Below, one piece after another: positions 32,285-40,894 of a stretch of DNA of 64,000 bases. Made by a program: the position numbers and the translations under genes. The notes under the pieces are model-generated. The model was not told the DNA's origin, ran no database searches, and worked only from the letters and a program-made list of their open reading frames with translations. How positions within the stretch are numbered: position 1 is the first letter of the stretch; every line of letters starts with the position of its first letter. Source of the stretch: Anaerolineales bacterium (lineage in GTDB: Bacteria > Chloroflexota > Anaerolineae > Anaerolineales > DRMV01). The stretch spans positions 20,047 through 84,046 of the forward strand of contig JALWJZ010000103.1 in NCBI GenBank assembly GCA_026996855.1. Direction: 5' to 3'.

Positions 32285-33840
32285 GCCGGGGCTGCCTCCG
32301 AAGCATCGGTTTGGGAAGCCAGCATCCCGGCCAGTACCTCCAGGCCCTGGCGGAGCCAGCGCAGGGTCCGCGCTTTGCCCAGCAAGGCCAGAGTTTCAAA
32401 GAGGGGCGGGCTGACCCCGCGGCCGGTTACGGCCACCCGTACCGCGCTGAAGAGTTTGCGGGGCTTCAGCCCCAATTCTTCCGAAAGGGCGCGCAATGCG
32501 GCTTCCAAATTTTCCGCGTTCCAGGGGTCCACCTCTTGCAGCCGCTGGTACACCTTTTGCAATGCCCGGTACGCGGTGGCCAGGTCCAGTTTTACCTTCT
32601 TGTGCCGCACCAGGAATTCCTCAAAGGCTTCGGGGGTGTGCTGGATGTCTTCCTCGAAGAAGAAACCGGCCAGCCGGGGGGCATCGGCCAGGGTGTGAAT
32701 GCGGGTTTGGATGAGGGGCACGATGGGTAGCAGGTCTTCCGCGGTCACGTGGGTGTACCCGGCCTTGTGGAAGAAGGGCACCAATCGGCGGGCCAGGTCT
32801 TCCGGGGAAAGGGCGCGCAGGTGCAGGCCGTTGAAATGGTCCAGTTTGTCGAAATTGACCGCCGCGGGGGAGGGCTTGAGCCGCTCCAGGGAGAACTTCT
32901 CGATGAGGTCCTGCATGGTGAAAAACTCGGTGCGGTCGTCATAGCTCCAGCCCATGAGGGCAATCCAGTTGTTGATGGCCTCGGGCAGGTACCCGGCTTC
33001 CCGCAAATCCCGGATGAACACGCCCGCGTAGCCCATTTTGCGGATTTCTTCCATATCCCGTTTGCTGATTTTGCCCTTACCGCTGGGCTTGAGGAAGGTG
33101 GAGAGGTGCACCCATACGGGCTCTTCCCAGCCGAAGGCCCGGTAGAGGTGCACGTGCAGGGGAAAGGTGGACAGCCATTCGGCCCCTCGCAGCACATGGG
33201 TGATGCGCATCAGGTGGTCGTCCACCACCACGGCCAGGTGATAGGTGGGCAGGCCGTCGGACTTGAGCAGGATGTAGTCGTCGATGTCCTTGTTGGCCAC
33301 GGTGATGGGGCCGCGGATGAAGTCGTGGCCGGTGATGGTACCTTCGCGCGGGGCTTTGAAGCGCACCACGTGGGGTTCCCCGGCTTCCACCCGTTTTCGG
33401 GCCTCTTCGGGGTCCAGGCGGCGGCAGTGGCCGTCGTAGCGGGGCGGCAGGCCCAGTTTGCGCTGCCTTTCCCGCATTCGGCGCAGGCGCTCGGGGGTGC
33501 AGAAGCAGTAGTACGCGTGGCCCTTTTTCACCAACTCTTCCGCGTATTTGCGGTACAGGTGGGCCCGCTGGCTCTGGCGGTAAGGGCCGTACGGCCCGCC
33601 CACGTCGGGGCCTTCGTCCCAGTGAATGCCGAGCCAGCGCAGGCCTTCCATCAAATCCTCTTCCGAGCCGGGCACGTAGCGCTTGCGGTCGGTGTCTTCG
33701 ATGCGCAGGAGGAACTGCCCGCCGGTCTTCCGGGCCAGCAAGAAGGAGAACAGCGCGGCGCGAGCGCCGCCGATGTGCAGCCATCCCGTAGGGGAAGGGG
33801 CGAAACGGGTGCGCGCGGGGCCTTGCATGGAGTGGGTCAT
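32281..33840 (-). CDS. gltX: Glutamate--tRNA ligase
   Basis: RTRFAPSPTG, HIGG, LRIEDTD, PTYHLAVVVDD, KISKR. Confidence 0.96.
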   Translation of the reverse strand: MTHSMQGPARTRFAPSPTGWLHIGGARAALFSFLLARKTGGQFLLRIEDTDRKRYVPGSEEDLMEGLRWLGIHWDEGPDVGGPYGPYRQSQRAHLYRKYAEELVKKGHAYYCFCTPERLRRMRERQRKLGLPPRYDGHCRRLDPEEARKRVEAGEPHVVRFKAPREGTITGHDFIRGPITVANKDIDDYILLKSDGLPTYHLAVVVDDHLMRITHVLRGAEWLSTFPLHVHLYRAFGWEEPVWVHLSTFLKPSGKGKISKRDMEEIRKMGYAGVFIRDLREAGYLPEAINNWIALMGWSYDDRTEFFTMQDLIEKFSLERLKPSPAAVNFDKLDHFNGLHLRALSPEDLARRLVPFFHKAGYTHVTAEDLLPIVPLIQTRIHTLADAPRLAGFFFEEDIQHTPEAFEEFLVRHKKVKLDLATAYRALQKVYQRLQEVDPWNAENLEAALRALSEELGLKPRKLFSAVRVAVTGRGVSPPLFETLALLGKARTLRWLRQGLEVLAGMLASQTDASEAAPA

Positions 33841-33868
33841 GGCGTTTCCTCGGGTGTAAAGAGTTGGC

Positions 33869-33894
33869 TGCCAAAGGGTATGTACCCTTTGGCA
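33869..33894. promoter_or_regulatory. 12-bp inverted repeat upstream of gltX
   Basis: TGCCAAAGGGTA-tg-TACCCTTTGGCA. Confidence 0.4.
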
Positions 33895-33960
33895 ACGGAA
33901 TTTCGATGGGTCAAAGCCCAACAGGGCGTTGCGGTACTTTCCAGGCGGCAAAACAAAAAA

Positions 33961-34024
33961 CAGGCGGAGGGAGCGGGATTCGAACCCGCGGTGGGCGCGA
34001 GGCCCACAGGGGATTTCAAGTCCC
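33961..34024 (-). repeat. att site (left end): displaced 3' part of tRNA-Ser
   Basis: 63/64 identity to 62791-62854; stops at the anticodon arm. Confidence 0.95.
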
Positions 34025-34046
34025 GAAGCCGCCAGGTGGCTCTATT

Positions 34047-34880
34047 TTACCGCAAAAGAAAGCGGTTGAAACGTCTGTGAAACTCTTGCAGTTCTTGCGT
34101 TGCAAAACGCCCGTAAAAGTGGACGGTGACGTAAATCGTACTGTGTCCCATCAACTGGCTGAGCATAGCCAGGTTTCCCCCGTTTTCCAGAATTCGCCGT
34201 GCGAAGGCATGGCGGAACGCGTGCGGATTCCATCGCTTCACTCCAGCCCGTCTCCCAATATCCCGGAGTACGTGATAAATCGTCCACTTGGAGAGTACGA
34301 AGACGCGCGGGTCATCCGTCTGGGGTCGCTCGCGAAGCCAATCCTCCAAGGCCTTCCGTGTGGCTTCTCCAAAGAAGACGAAACGCGAGCGCTCCCCCTT
34401 CTCGTAGACCAATGCTCTGCCTGCATCCAGATCCAGGTTGTCCAGGGTGAGGGTGGCCACACCGTTCAGTCGCGCCCCAGTATCGGCGAAAAAGAGCACC
34501 AGTGCGCGCTCACGGGCGTTTCGGCAAGCCCGGAGCATTTTCAGGATGTCCTCATCGGAGATGGCCTTGGGGGGTTGGTTGGGCAACGTCGGGAAAGCGA
34601 TTCGCTCCATAGGGTTGCGTTCTATCAAACCTTCACGGTAGGCCCAACGGAAGAAGCGCCTCCAGGTTCGCAAGTAACCGTGGAGTGTGCTGACGGCCAG
34701 GCCGCGCTTTTGAAGTTCCTGATACCGATTCTGCAAATCAATGTGAGTAACCTCTGACAACTCCCGTTCGAACAAAGGTTGCAAACTGCTCTGGAGCCGT
34801 TTTTTGTACCACTTCCGGGTGGCTTCCGATTGGACGGTGAGGCTTTCGAAGAAAAGCCTGAGTGCCTCCTTGACGCGCAT
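34047..34880 (-). CDS. Tyrosine recombinase/integrase
   Basis: DTGAR, KG, HAFRH, MGH, Y catalytic residues; ends 22 nt from att. Confidence 0.93.
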   Translation of the reverse strand: MRVKEALRLFFESLTVQSEATRKWYKKRLQSSLQPLFERELSEVTHIDLQNRYQELQKRGLAVSTLHGYLRTWRRFFRWAYREGLIERNPMERIAFPTLPNQPPKAISDEDILKMLRACRNARERALVLFFADTGARLNGVATLTLDNLDLDAGRALVYEKGERSRFVFFGEATRKALEDWLRERPQTDDPRVFVLSKWTIYHVLRDIGRRAGVKRWNPHAFRHAFARRILENGGNLAMLSQLMGHSTIYVTVHFYGRFATQELQEFHRRFNRFLLR

Positions 34881-34935
34881 GACCCACCTCCAGCGCTAAT
34901 TATGTGGAGATAGGGAGGCAAATAAGGTGTGCCCT

Positions 34936-34969
34936 AAAAAAGAAACCCCGCGGCCGATAGCCGCGGGGT
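34936..34969 (-). terminator. Intrinsic terminator after relE
   Basis: Minus strand ACCCCGCGGC-tatcg-GCCGCGGGGT followed by TTCTTTTTT. Confidence 0.8.
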
Positions 34970-34989
34970 CGGACACACAAGAACAACGG

Positions 34990-35247
34990 TCAGCGGTACG
35001 CTTCGCGCCGGTGGACCACAGCGTGCACGTACACCCGCTTTTCGGCGTCGTTTATGTCGTAGAGAATGCGGTACGGGCCAACGCGCAGCCTGTAGGTGTT
35101 TTCCTGGCCGCGCAATTTTTTCACGCCGGGAGGGCGGGGGTCTTCTTGGAGGGCTTGGAGGATTTGTTTAATGCGAGATACATAGTGAGCGGGTACCCGG
35201 TCCAAGTCTTTGTAGACCGACCGGTGTACCTCAACCCGATACTTCAC
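34990..35247 (-). CDS. relE: RelE/ParE family toxin
   Basis: DPRPPGVKKLRG..TYRLRVGPYRILY..HRREAYR. Confidence 0.9.
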   Translation of the reverse strand: MKYRVEVHRSVYKDLDRVPAHYVSRIKQILQALQEDPRPPGVKKLRGQENTYRLRVGPYRILYDINDAEKRVYVHAVVHRREAYR

Positions 35248-35434
35248 GGGCGCCCCCCATTTCTAAGCCCTCCAAGAATTCCTCCAAAGGCACGTAATTG
35301 GGGGCCTGTTTTCGAGCCTGGACCACCAACATGTCCAGGATGTCCTCCCATAGTTCAGGGTCCACCAAAACCCAGGTTTTTCCCTGGGCATCGCGCACCC
35401 ATCGCGTTTGGGTTTCCAGGCGTTCTTCCAGCAT
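35231..35434 (-). CDS. Putative cognate antitoxin (67 aa)
   Basis: Small acidic ORF overlapping toxin start; AGGAGG RBS; WEDILD..VPLEEF pattern. Confidence 0.75.
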   Translation of the reverse strand: MLEERLETQTRWVRDAQGKTWVLVDPELWEDILDMLVVQARKQAPNYVPLEEFLEGLEMGGAREVSG

Positions 35435-35498
35435 AACACTTCCTCCTTTTGGCTTTGGGCTTCCATGGGAGCATTGTACCGCAAGGGACCCTTGAGAT

Positions 35499-35527
35499 AA
35501 AGAAAACCCGCGGCGGGTGGCCGCGGG
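35499..35527 (-). terminator. Intrinsic terminator
   Basis: Minus strand CCCGCGGC-caccc-GCCGCGGG followed by TTTTCTTT. Confidence 0.6.
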
Positions 35528-35552
35528 GGATTTTTGTGCGCAGGCGGGTGGC

Positions 35553-36302
35553 CTACGCGTTGGGAAAGACGGCCTTGTTGATGTCTGCATTGTGCATGGC
35601 GTGCAGGGCGCGCGCCTTGCGCTGGATGGCTCGACCATAGCCGTCCTTGGGTTGGTAGTTCTCCGCCAACCATCGGATGTAGTCGGGGTCCTCTTGAGCA
35701 ATTTGCTCAAGCGTTTTCCCCTTGTGCTTCCCGAAACCCATGGTGAACGGCTTCTTGTCATTCCGCTGGTCCTGAGTGGACGGGCGGGATTGCAGGGCTT
35801 CGGGATGGTGCTGGCGGAGAAAGTCACGGGCCACTTCGGCCCATTTGCCCGGCGCATAGGGCGAGGTGGCCAACCAGCGCACATACCCCGGTGCTTCAGC
35901 CCAGACCCGGGCCAGGGTCTTGCCCACGTGCTTGCCGAAGTCCAGCACACGGGAGCCGGGGTCTTCCTGGGGCTTTTGGGCTTCTGTGGTCTGCCGGGCT
36001 TGCGGCTGTGCGGGCTGGGGTTGCCCCCCATCCTGCCATCCCAGGGCTGCGGTGAGTATCTCTGCCAGGTGGATGTGCTTGCACCGCACGGCCCGGTTGA
36101 TGAAGTCCGGGCATCCGCAGGTGGCCTCGGGCTCCAGTTCCACCAGGTACGCTTTCCCGTCGCCGTTCTCGATGACGAAGGCCACGGGGCGCACCCGATA
36201 GCGGCCTTCGGCCAGGCCCTGCAGGGCCCGCTGACGCCGGACCTGGATGGGGTCGGCCTGTTGCTTTTGGGGCTTTTGGACTTGCGGCTTTTGCGTGGTC
36301 AT
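35553..36302 (-). CDS. SWIM zinc-finger protein with two FGKHxGK (DUF3820-like) repeats
   Basis: CGCPDF..RCKH; FGKHVGK..YVRWL and FGKHKGK..YIRWL; alternative in-frame start at 36428. Confidence 0.75.
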   Translation of the reverse strand: MTTQKPQVQKPQKQQADPIQVRRQRALQGLAEGRYRVRPVAFVIENGDGKAYLVELEPEATCGCPDFINRAVRCKHIHLAEILTAALGWQDGGQPQPAQPQARQTTEAQKPQEDPGSRVLDFGKHVGKTLARVWAEAPGYVRWLATSPYAPGKWAEVARDFLRQHHPEALQSRPSTQDQRNDKKPFTMGFGKHKGKTLEQIAQEDPDYIRWLAENYQPKDGYGRAIQRKARALHAMHNADINKAVFPNA

Positions 36303-36360
36303 GGCAGCACCTCCACTTTGGGATTTGGGCTTCAGGCTTTGAACGAAGGCGTTCCAGGCT

Positions 36361-36741
36361 TCACGGGCTTTGGGGTCCCAGGGGTCCTCGAACCCACTGG
36401 CGATGAGCCAGGCTTTCACCGCAGCCATGGCTTTCCTCCAGTTCCTGGGACCGCACCTCGGCCTCGAAGGCCAGGGTGTCCCAGAATTCCCTCTGGGCTT
36501 TGGGGTCGGTGGGCTTCAGGCGCTCGGCCAGGGCCAGCACCAGGAAGGCCCGACGGTGGGCGGTGAAGGTGGCCACCTGCCGCAGCAGGTCCATGATGTC
36601 CCTGGTGCGGTTGATGACGAGATGGTGGATGAGCTCCGGGTGCTCCTCTTCCACCTTCACCAGGCCCTCGATGTCCTGCCAGAGGCCCTCCAGGCGGACC
36701 AGGAAACCCGGGGCTTCCCAGCGCTCGAACAGGGGCTTCAT
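36361..36741 (-). CDS. Hypothetical protein
   Basis: GGAGG RBS, ATGA overlap, helical composition. Confidence 0.65.
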   Translation of the reverse strand: MKPLFERWEAPGFLVRLEGLWQDIEGLVKVEEEHPELIHHLVINRTRDIMDLLRQVATFTAHRRAFLVLALAERLKPTDPKAQREFWDTLAFEAEVRSQELEESHGCGESLAHRQWVRGPLGPQSP

Positions 36742-37229
36742 GGCTTTCCCTCCCGGTCAGAATTTGGGCTTTGGGGGATGGGCGTGGGCTTCCCCCATCC
36801 CATGAAACCGAACTCATCGTGGAAGTGGGCGACCAGGATGTGCTTTCGGCTTTCACAGAAACGGCATAAGCGGCGCACCACGAGGGGGATCCGGGTGGCG
36901 CTTCCCTCCCGGACCTGGGCGCTCCACAGGGGCTTTTCGATGACCCACTGCTCCTGCCGCATCCCGTTGTCCACCAGGACCGTTGTTCCGGGTGCCAGGA
37001 CCGCGATGTGGATGCGGTCGCGGACCCCGGCGGTCACGACGTCCTGGTGGAACACCTGCTGGAAGCAGGTGGGGCACAGGGCATGGGTTCCCCAGGCGAC
37101 CGGCACGGGCCGGATGGTGACCTCGGCATTGCAGAGGTCGCAGAGGACCTCGGCGATGACCGGGCCTTCTTCCAGCACCTCACCGGTGAGGGGGGCCAGC
37201 ACCTTCCACGCGGTGCGCGGGCCCAGCAT
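36738..37229 (-). CDS. Hypothetical Cys-rich (zinc-binding) protein
   Basis: CDLC, CPTC, CRFC; start uncertain. Confidence 0.6.
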   Translation of the reverse strand: MLGPRTAWKVLAPLTGEVLEEGPVIAEVLCDLCNAEVTIRPVPVAWGTHALCPTCFQQVFHQDVVTAGVRDRIHIAVLAPGTTVLVDNGMRQEQWVIEKPLWSAQVREGSATRIPLVVRRLCRFCESRKHILVAHFHDEFGFMGWGKPTPIPQSPNSDREGKP

Positions 37230-37263
37230 CTTCCAGACGACCTGGCTTTGGGCTTTTTGGTGC

Positions 37264-37372
37264 GGGGCGCACCGGGAAAAAGCCGCGTCCGCGGCATCTT
37301 CCCGGTGCGCCCCATAGGGCAGGGGTGTCCTGGGAAAAAGCCGCGTTCGCGGCATCTTCCCAGGACACCCCT
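37264..37372 (-). other. Twin long hairpins with a shared core (candidate single-strand signal or structured RNA)
   Basis: Two ~50-nt stem-loops with near-identical core and different, fully paired outer stems. Confidence 0.6.
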
Positions 37373-37607
37373 TTGTCCGCTTCCCGGAACCTGGAAGCGG
37401 ACGGGCCGGCTATTCGGCTGTCAAGGTGCCGGGAAACGCAAAACGCCCCACGCCGAAGCGGTCAGGCTTCGACATGGGGCTTTCGTGCTTTCATAGAAAA
37501 AGCCCAAAGCCACATCGGGCTTTGGGCTTTGGAGGCTTTGCGGGGCTTTGCGGAGTGCGAGAGTGCTTGGGTTCAGGCTTTTCCGGTCGAAAAGGATTAT
37601 AGCGAAG

Positions 37608-37937
37608 TCATTTCAGGGTTTCAACCTTCTCGGCGATGATGACGTTGGCCGCACGGGGGATGAGTACATGGCGCAGGTGCTCAGGCAGGGCGTCCTGGGG
37701 CAGCACCCGGCGCACCAGTTGGGCCAGGGGCTGTGTGAAGTCATAGGAGCCGAGTTTGCCTTCGACCCGGATGACCTGGCCTTTTTTCACCTCAGCGCCG
37801 TTAGGGAGCCAGACGGTGACGTAGTAGTCCTCGGTGTCGGTGCGGTGATTGAGGCGGGCCCAGGTGAGCCTGCGGCCCGCATGAGGGGCCTTCCACACTT
37901 TGACCACCTTGCCGGTGAACGTGACCTGGTTTTCCAT
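37608..37937 (-). CDS. SSB-like OB-fold protein
   Basis: NQVTFTGKV...YVTVW...KKGQVIRVEGKL pattern; AGGAGGT RBS. Confidence 0.7.
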   Translation of the reverse strand: MENQVTFTGKVVKVWKAPHAGRRLTWARLNHRTDTEDYYVTVWLPNGAEVKKGQVIRVEGKLGSYDFTQPLAQLVRRVLPQDALPEHLRHVLIPRAANVIIAEKVETLK

Positions 37938-38084
37938 ACGGCACCTCCTTCAGGCTTTGGATGGCCCTGTCAGGTCCTGCCGGATTGTGTCGCACAAGGG
38001 GCCTTGTGCGTCGCAAGAGGGGCTTTCACGCCGCGAAAAGCCCCGTTTTTGGCCCGTAACGCCGGAAAAACGTGTCGTACAATG

Positions 38085-38624
38085 TCACTCCCCTTCCTCT
38101 GGCCCTCTGAGTACCACATGCGCCATCCACCCTTTCACCCATTTTCCGTTGACCTTGGCCTCTACTTCAAACCAACGATAGCCCTGGTTTTCGACTTCCT
38201 TTCCTGTCCAATACACCACGGTACCGTTAGGCACCACAATCACCACTTCGGCTTCTAAACTGGGTTCCTGGCGCAAATTCGCCCCATTCGCTGCTTGGGC
38301 CTGAACTGTGAAGGCTTTAAACGGCGTGGGGGTCGGTACAGGCGTGGGAGACGGCGCGGGTGTTGGTTGCGGTTTAGGCGTGGGCGTGGGCATAGCGGCA
38401 AGGGCTTGCTGGACGCGACGTGGTACCAGGGTTTTGGTGGCGTAGAACACCCCTGCAACCGTCCCGCTGAAAAAAGCAAAAAGCCCGACTCCCATTAACA
38501 CCAACGCCATCGTCCAGGATATTTGCGAAACGCGCTGTTTGAAACTTTCCAAACGGGCTTTCCATCCGGGCTGAACGGGTTGTTCAACAGACACGCTTTG
38601 CAGTTTTTCCCAATTGGTAGTCAT
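38085..38624 (-). CDS. Membrane-anchored SH3-domain protein
   Basis: TM helix, PT-rich linker, GANLRQEP...WFEV...GWM. Confidence 0.8.
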   Translation of the reverse strand: MTTNWEKLQSVSVEQPVQPGWKARLESFKQRVSQISWTMALVLMGVGLFAFFSGTVAGVFYATKTLVPRRVQQALAAMPTPTPKPQPTPAPSPTPVPTPTPFKAFTVQAQAANGANLRQEPSLEAEVVIVVPNGTVVYWTGKEVENQGYRWFEVEAKVNGKWVKGWMAHVVLRGPEEGE

Positions 38625-39799
38625 GACCACACCTCCAACCAGAAGTCTTCAGGCTTTTCCTGAGCCAAAGTGACCAAATCCGTTGCCCGACCGGGCAACC
38701 CCATGCGCCTGATGTCCGACACCAGAACGCGACGGCGCTCCGGGTTCGCGGCCACCAAAGCCACGAACCCGCCGTTGGCTTCGGCGTTGTGCCGCCACTT
38801 GGCCGGATTCTCTTTGTCGCTGATTTCCACTTCCACGAACACACGGCGTTCGGCGTCCAGGGCCAGGTCGGGGGGCGTGGGACTGTCCACCTGGGGCAGC
38901 ACTTCCACCTTGTAGCCCCGCAACCGGGCGTGCATGGCCGCGGCCAGCACACCGAGAGTGTGTTTTTCAAAGCGTTCGCCCTCATGGAGACGTATGAGCC
39001 GTTCCCAATCGCTTTCCACCGGTTCCCAACCCAACCGACGGGCCAGGTCTTTTCCTTCGGATGTGAGCCGATACACGGCCAGACTGGAAGCCACATCTGG
39101 CCGCCCGTTCAGCGTGGCTTCCACAAGAAAGCCGCGCTGGGCCATGAAGGACCCGGCCTTGCGCACCCAGGACCGGGTTGTGTTGGGGGAACGGTGGAAG
39201 GCCTGGGCCAGGATGAGCACGTGCTCCATGCGGGTGTTCACACCGAACCGGGCGAGCAGAAAGACCATCATCAGCCCGCGTTTCCAGCGCACGCCGCCGG
39301 AGCGGGCGACCTCACGATACAGGCTGGGCACACGGATTCCCCCTTCCCAATCCACCTCTTGCAAAGCCCTGGCCCACTCTTGCAGAAGGTCCACACGATG
39401 CGGAAGCACAGGCGTTGCGTTGGATGTTGGCTCTGCGACTGCGGGTGTTTCATGCTCAGATGTTTCATGCTCAGAGAGAGCAGCCTGCTTCGGCTTGTGC
39501 TCTGGTTCTGGCTCTGGACTGCCGTTCCAGGGGCGCGTGAGCACGTCCTCGAAAAAGCGTTCCCAATCCTGGGCCGTCCAATGTTCCAAAGCCCTGGGAT
39601 TGGCCTTGCGCAGGGCTTCCAATCGCTCGCCCGCGCCCAGACGGTAGGCCAGGCGCACCATGAGGGACCGGAAGGCCTGCACTTCGGCCTCGGCCCGTTT
39701 TCGCCATTGCCGTTCCAGCGCGGCCAGGCTATCGCTCAGGCCTGCGGAATCGCGGTGTAGTTCATTTCTCCAATTCACGAACGGCTTGCTCCAGAGCAT
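38621..39799 (-). CDS. wHTH plus PD-(D/E)XK nuclease-fold protein (replication-relaxation-like; candidate relaxase)
   Basis: YRLTSEGK wing, HTLGV, PDLAL...FVEVE; start uncertain. Confidence 0.55.
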   Translation of the reverse strand: MLWSKPFVNWRNELHRDSAGLSDSLAALERQWRKRAEAEVQAFRSLMVRLAYRLGAGERLEALRKANPRALEHWTAQDWERFFEDVLTRPWNGSPEPEPEHKPKQAALSEHETSEHETPAVAEPTSNATPVLPHRVDLLQEWARALQEVDWEGGIRVPSLYREVARSGGVRWKRGLMMVFLLARFGVNTRMEHVLILAQAFHRSPNTTRSWVRKAGSFMAQRGFLVEATLNGRPDVASSLAVYRLTSEGKDLARRLGWEPVESDWERLIRLHEGERFEKHTLGVLAAAMHARLRGYKVEVLPQVDSPTPPDLALDAERRVFVEVEISDKENPAKWRHNAEANGGFVALVAANPERRRVLVSDIRRMGLPGRATDLVTLAQEKPEDFWLEVWS

Positions 39800-40184
39800 G
39801 AATAGCCTGCTCCTTGGGTATCTGTCCCAGGCTCCAATCTCTCACGGCTTTGGCGGCCTGCAAGACGGCCTGTCTCTCCGGTTCCAGGGCTTCCACGCGT
39901 TGCTCATTCACCAATCGAAGCGTTTCCTCGTACAGCCATTGGCCGCGCACGGCGTCAGGGTTCCCGTCCAAAATCTCGGCCAGAGCCTCGGTTTGGCGGC
40001 GCAGCGCCGCCAGTTCGCGGTCATAGGCCCGTTCCTCCTTGAGGATTTGCCACTCCGTCCAGGTCAACAGTCGGTCTGGTGCCAGGGACTTCCCCAAAGC
40101 ACCCAGGCCCACCATCACCGCCAGGACAATCAGAAAAGCGCCTATGAGCATAGGCATTCGTTTGACTTCTAATTCAATCTCCAT
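39762..40184 (-). CDS. Membrane-anchored hypothetical protein
   Basis: N-terminal TM, helical body, AGGAGGT RBS. Confidence 0.7.
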   Translation of the reverse strand: MEIELEVKRMPMLIGAFLIVLAVMVGLGALGKSLAPDRLLTWTEWQILKEERAYDRELAALRRQTEALAEILDGNPDAVRGQWLYEETLRLVNEQRVEALEPERQAVLQAAKAVRDWSLGQIPKEQAIHALEQAVRELEK

Positions 40185-40247
40185 GAGACCACCTCCTGGG
40201 GGCCGCCCCTGGCAGGCCGCCTAAGTGACGGCCCCAGGCGGCAGTGC

Positions 40248-40382
40248 TCAGGGCAAAAGGCGGGCGAGGGCGAGGAACCGAGCCAAAACCCACCGGTTCA
40301 CAGCCTGGCCAACTTTGAGAATGAAGAGCAGTTTGAGAACCAGCAGCCAGGCCATCATGCTGAGGGATGCAGAGCCGCGCAT
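40248..40382 (-). CDS. Small hydrophobic peptide (44 aa), possible minor pilin
   Basis: GGGAGGT RBS; MRGSASLSMMAWLLVLKLLFILKVGQAVNRWVLARFLALARLLP. Confidence 0.45.
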   Translation of the reverse strand: MRGSASLSMMAWLLVLKLLFILKVGQAVNRWVLARFLALARLLP

Positions 40383-40465
40383 GGGAAACCTCCCACAAGT
40401 GATTTCCCCATGCCGCGACGAAGTGCCGGGAGCATGGGTACCCAAATGCTCCCGGCACTTTTCCC

Positions 40466-40894
40466 TCAGCGCGTGCGGAACGTGCCCTCGGCATCCGCCC
40501 AACCCTCCAACGCGACCGTACGAGGAAGAAACCACAGAGACACTTGACCACGACTCACACAACGAATGCGACGCTCACCTACAGGATGGGCTGCAAAAGA
40601 AACCCCCTGCAAAACAGGGGCACCCTGGAGGGTGCGCAGGAACATGGCACGCCCCACCTGCAAGGCTCGCGGGGACCATTTCATGCGTTTCACGCCTGTT
40701 TGTTTGAAAGCATCCACACCGTCCTCAAAAGCCACTTGAACGGCTGCCTCGCATCCCGCGTCCGTGGCCACCTGCAATCGGGCGTCAGCGTAAAGCAAGC
40801 GGAGGCCGTCAATGACCAACGCCATCAACGGCATGAGGACGAAGCCCAGGAGAAGGGCCGTCCATGCCAGCGACGAGGCTCGAACGGGGCGCAT
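40466..40894 (-). CDS. TadG/Tad-domain pseudopilin
   Basis: Hydrophobic N-terminus, then LVIDGLRL..ARLQVATDAG. Confidence 0.75.
   Translation of the reverse strand: MRPVRASSLAWTALLLGFVLMPLMALVIDGLRLLYADARLQVATDAGCEAAVQVAFEDGVDAFKQTGVKRMKWSPRALQVGRAMFLRTLQGAPVLQGVSFAAHPVGERRIRCVSRGQVSLWFLPRTVALEGWADAEGTFRTR

Noticed and set aside
31350-32399. 673-aa version of the GT2 ORF
   Set aside because: The upstream half overlaps the 31340-32284 gene out of frame; the real start is 31349.
33961-34024. Second tRNA-Ser gene
   Set aside because: Lacks the D arm and the 5' acceptor strand; it is the att duplication.
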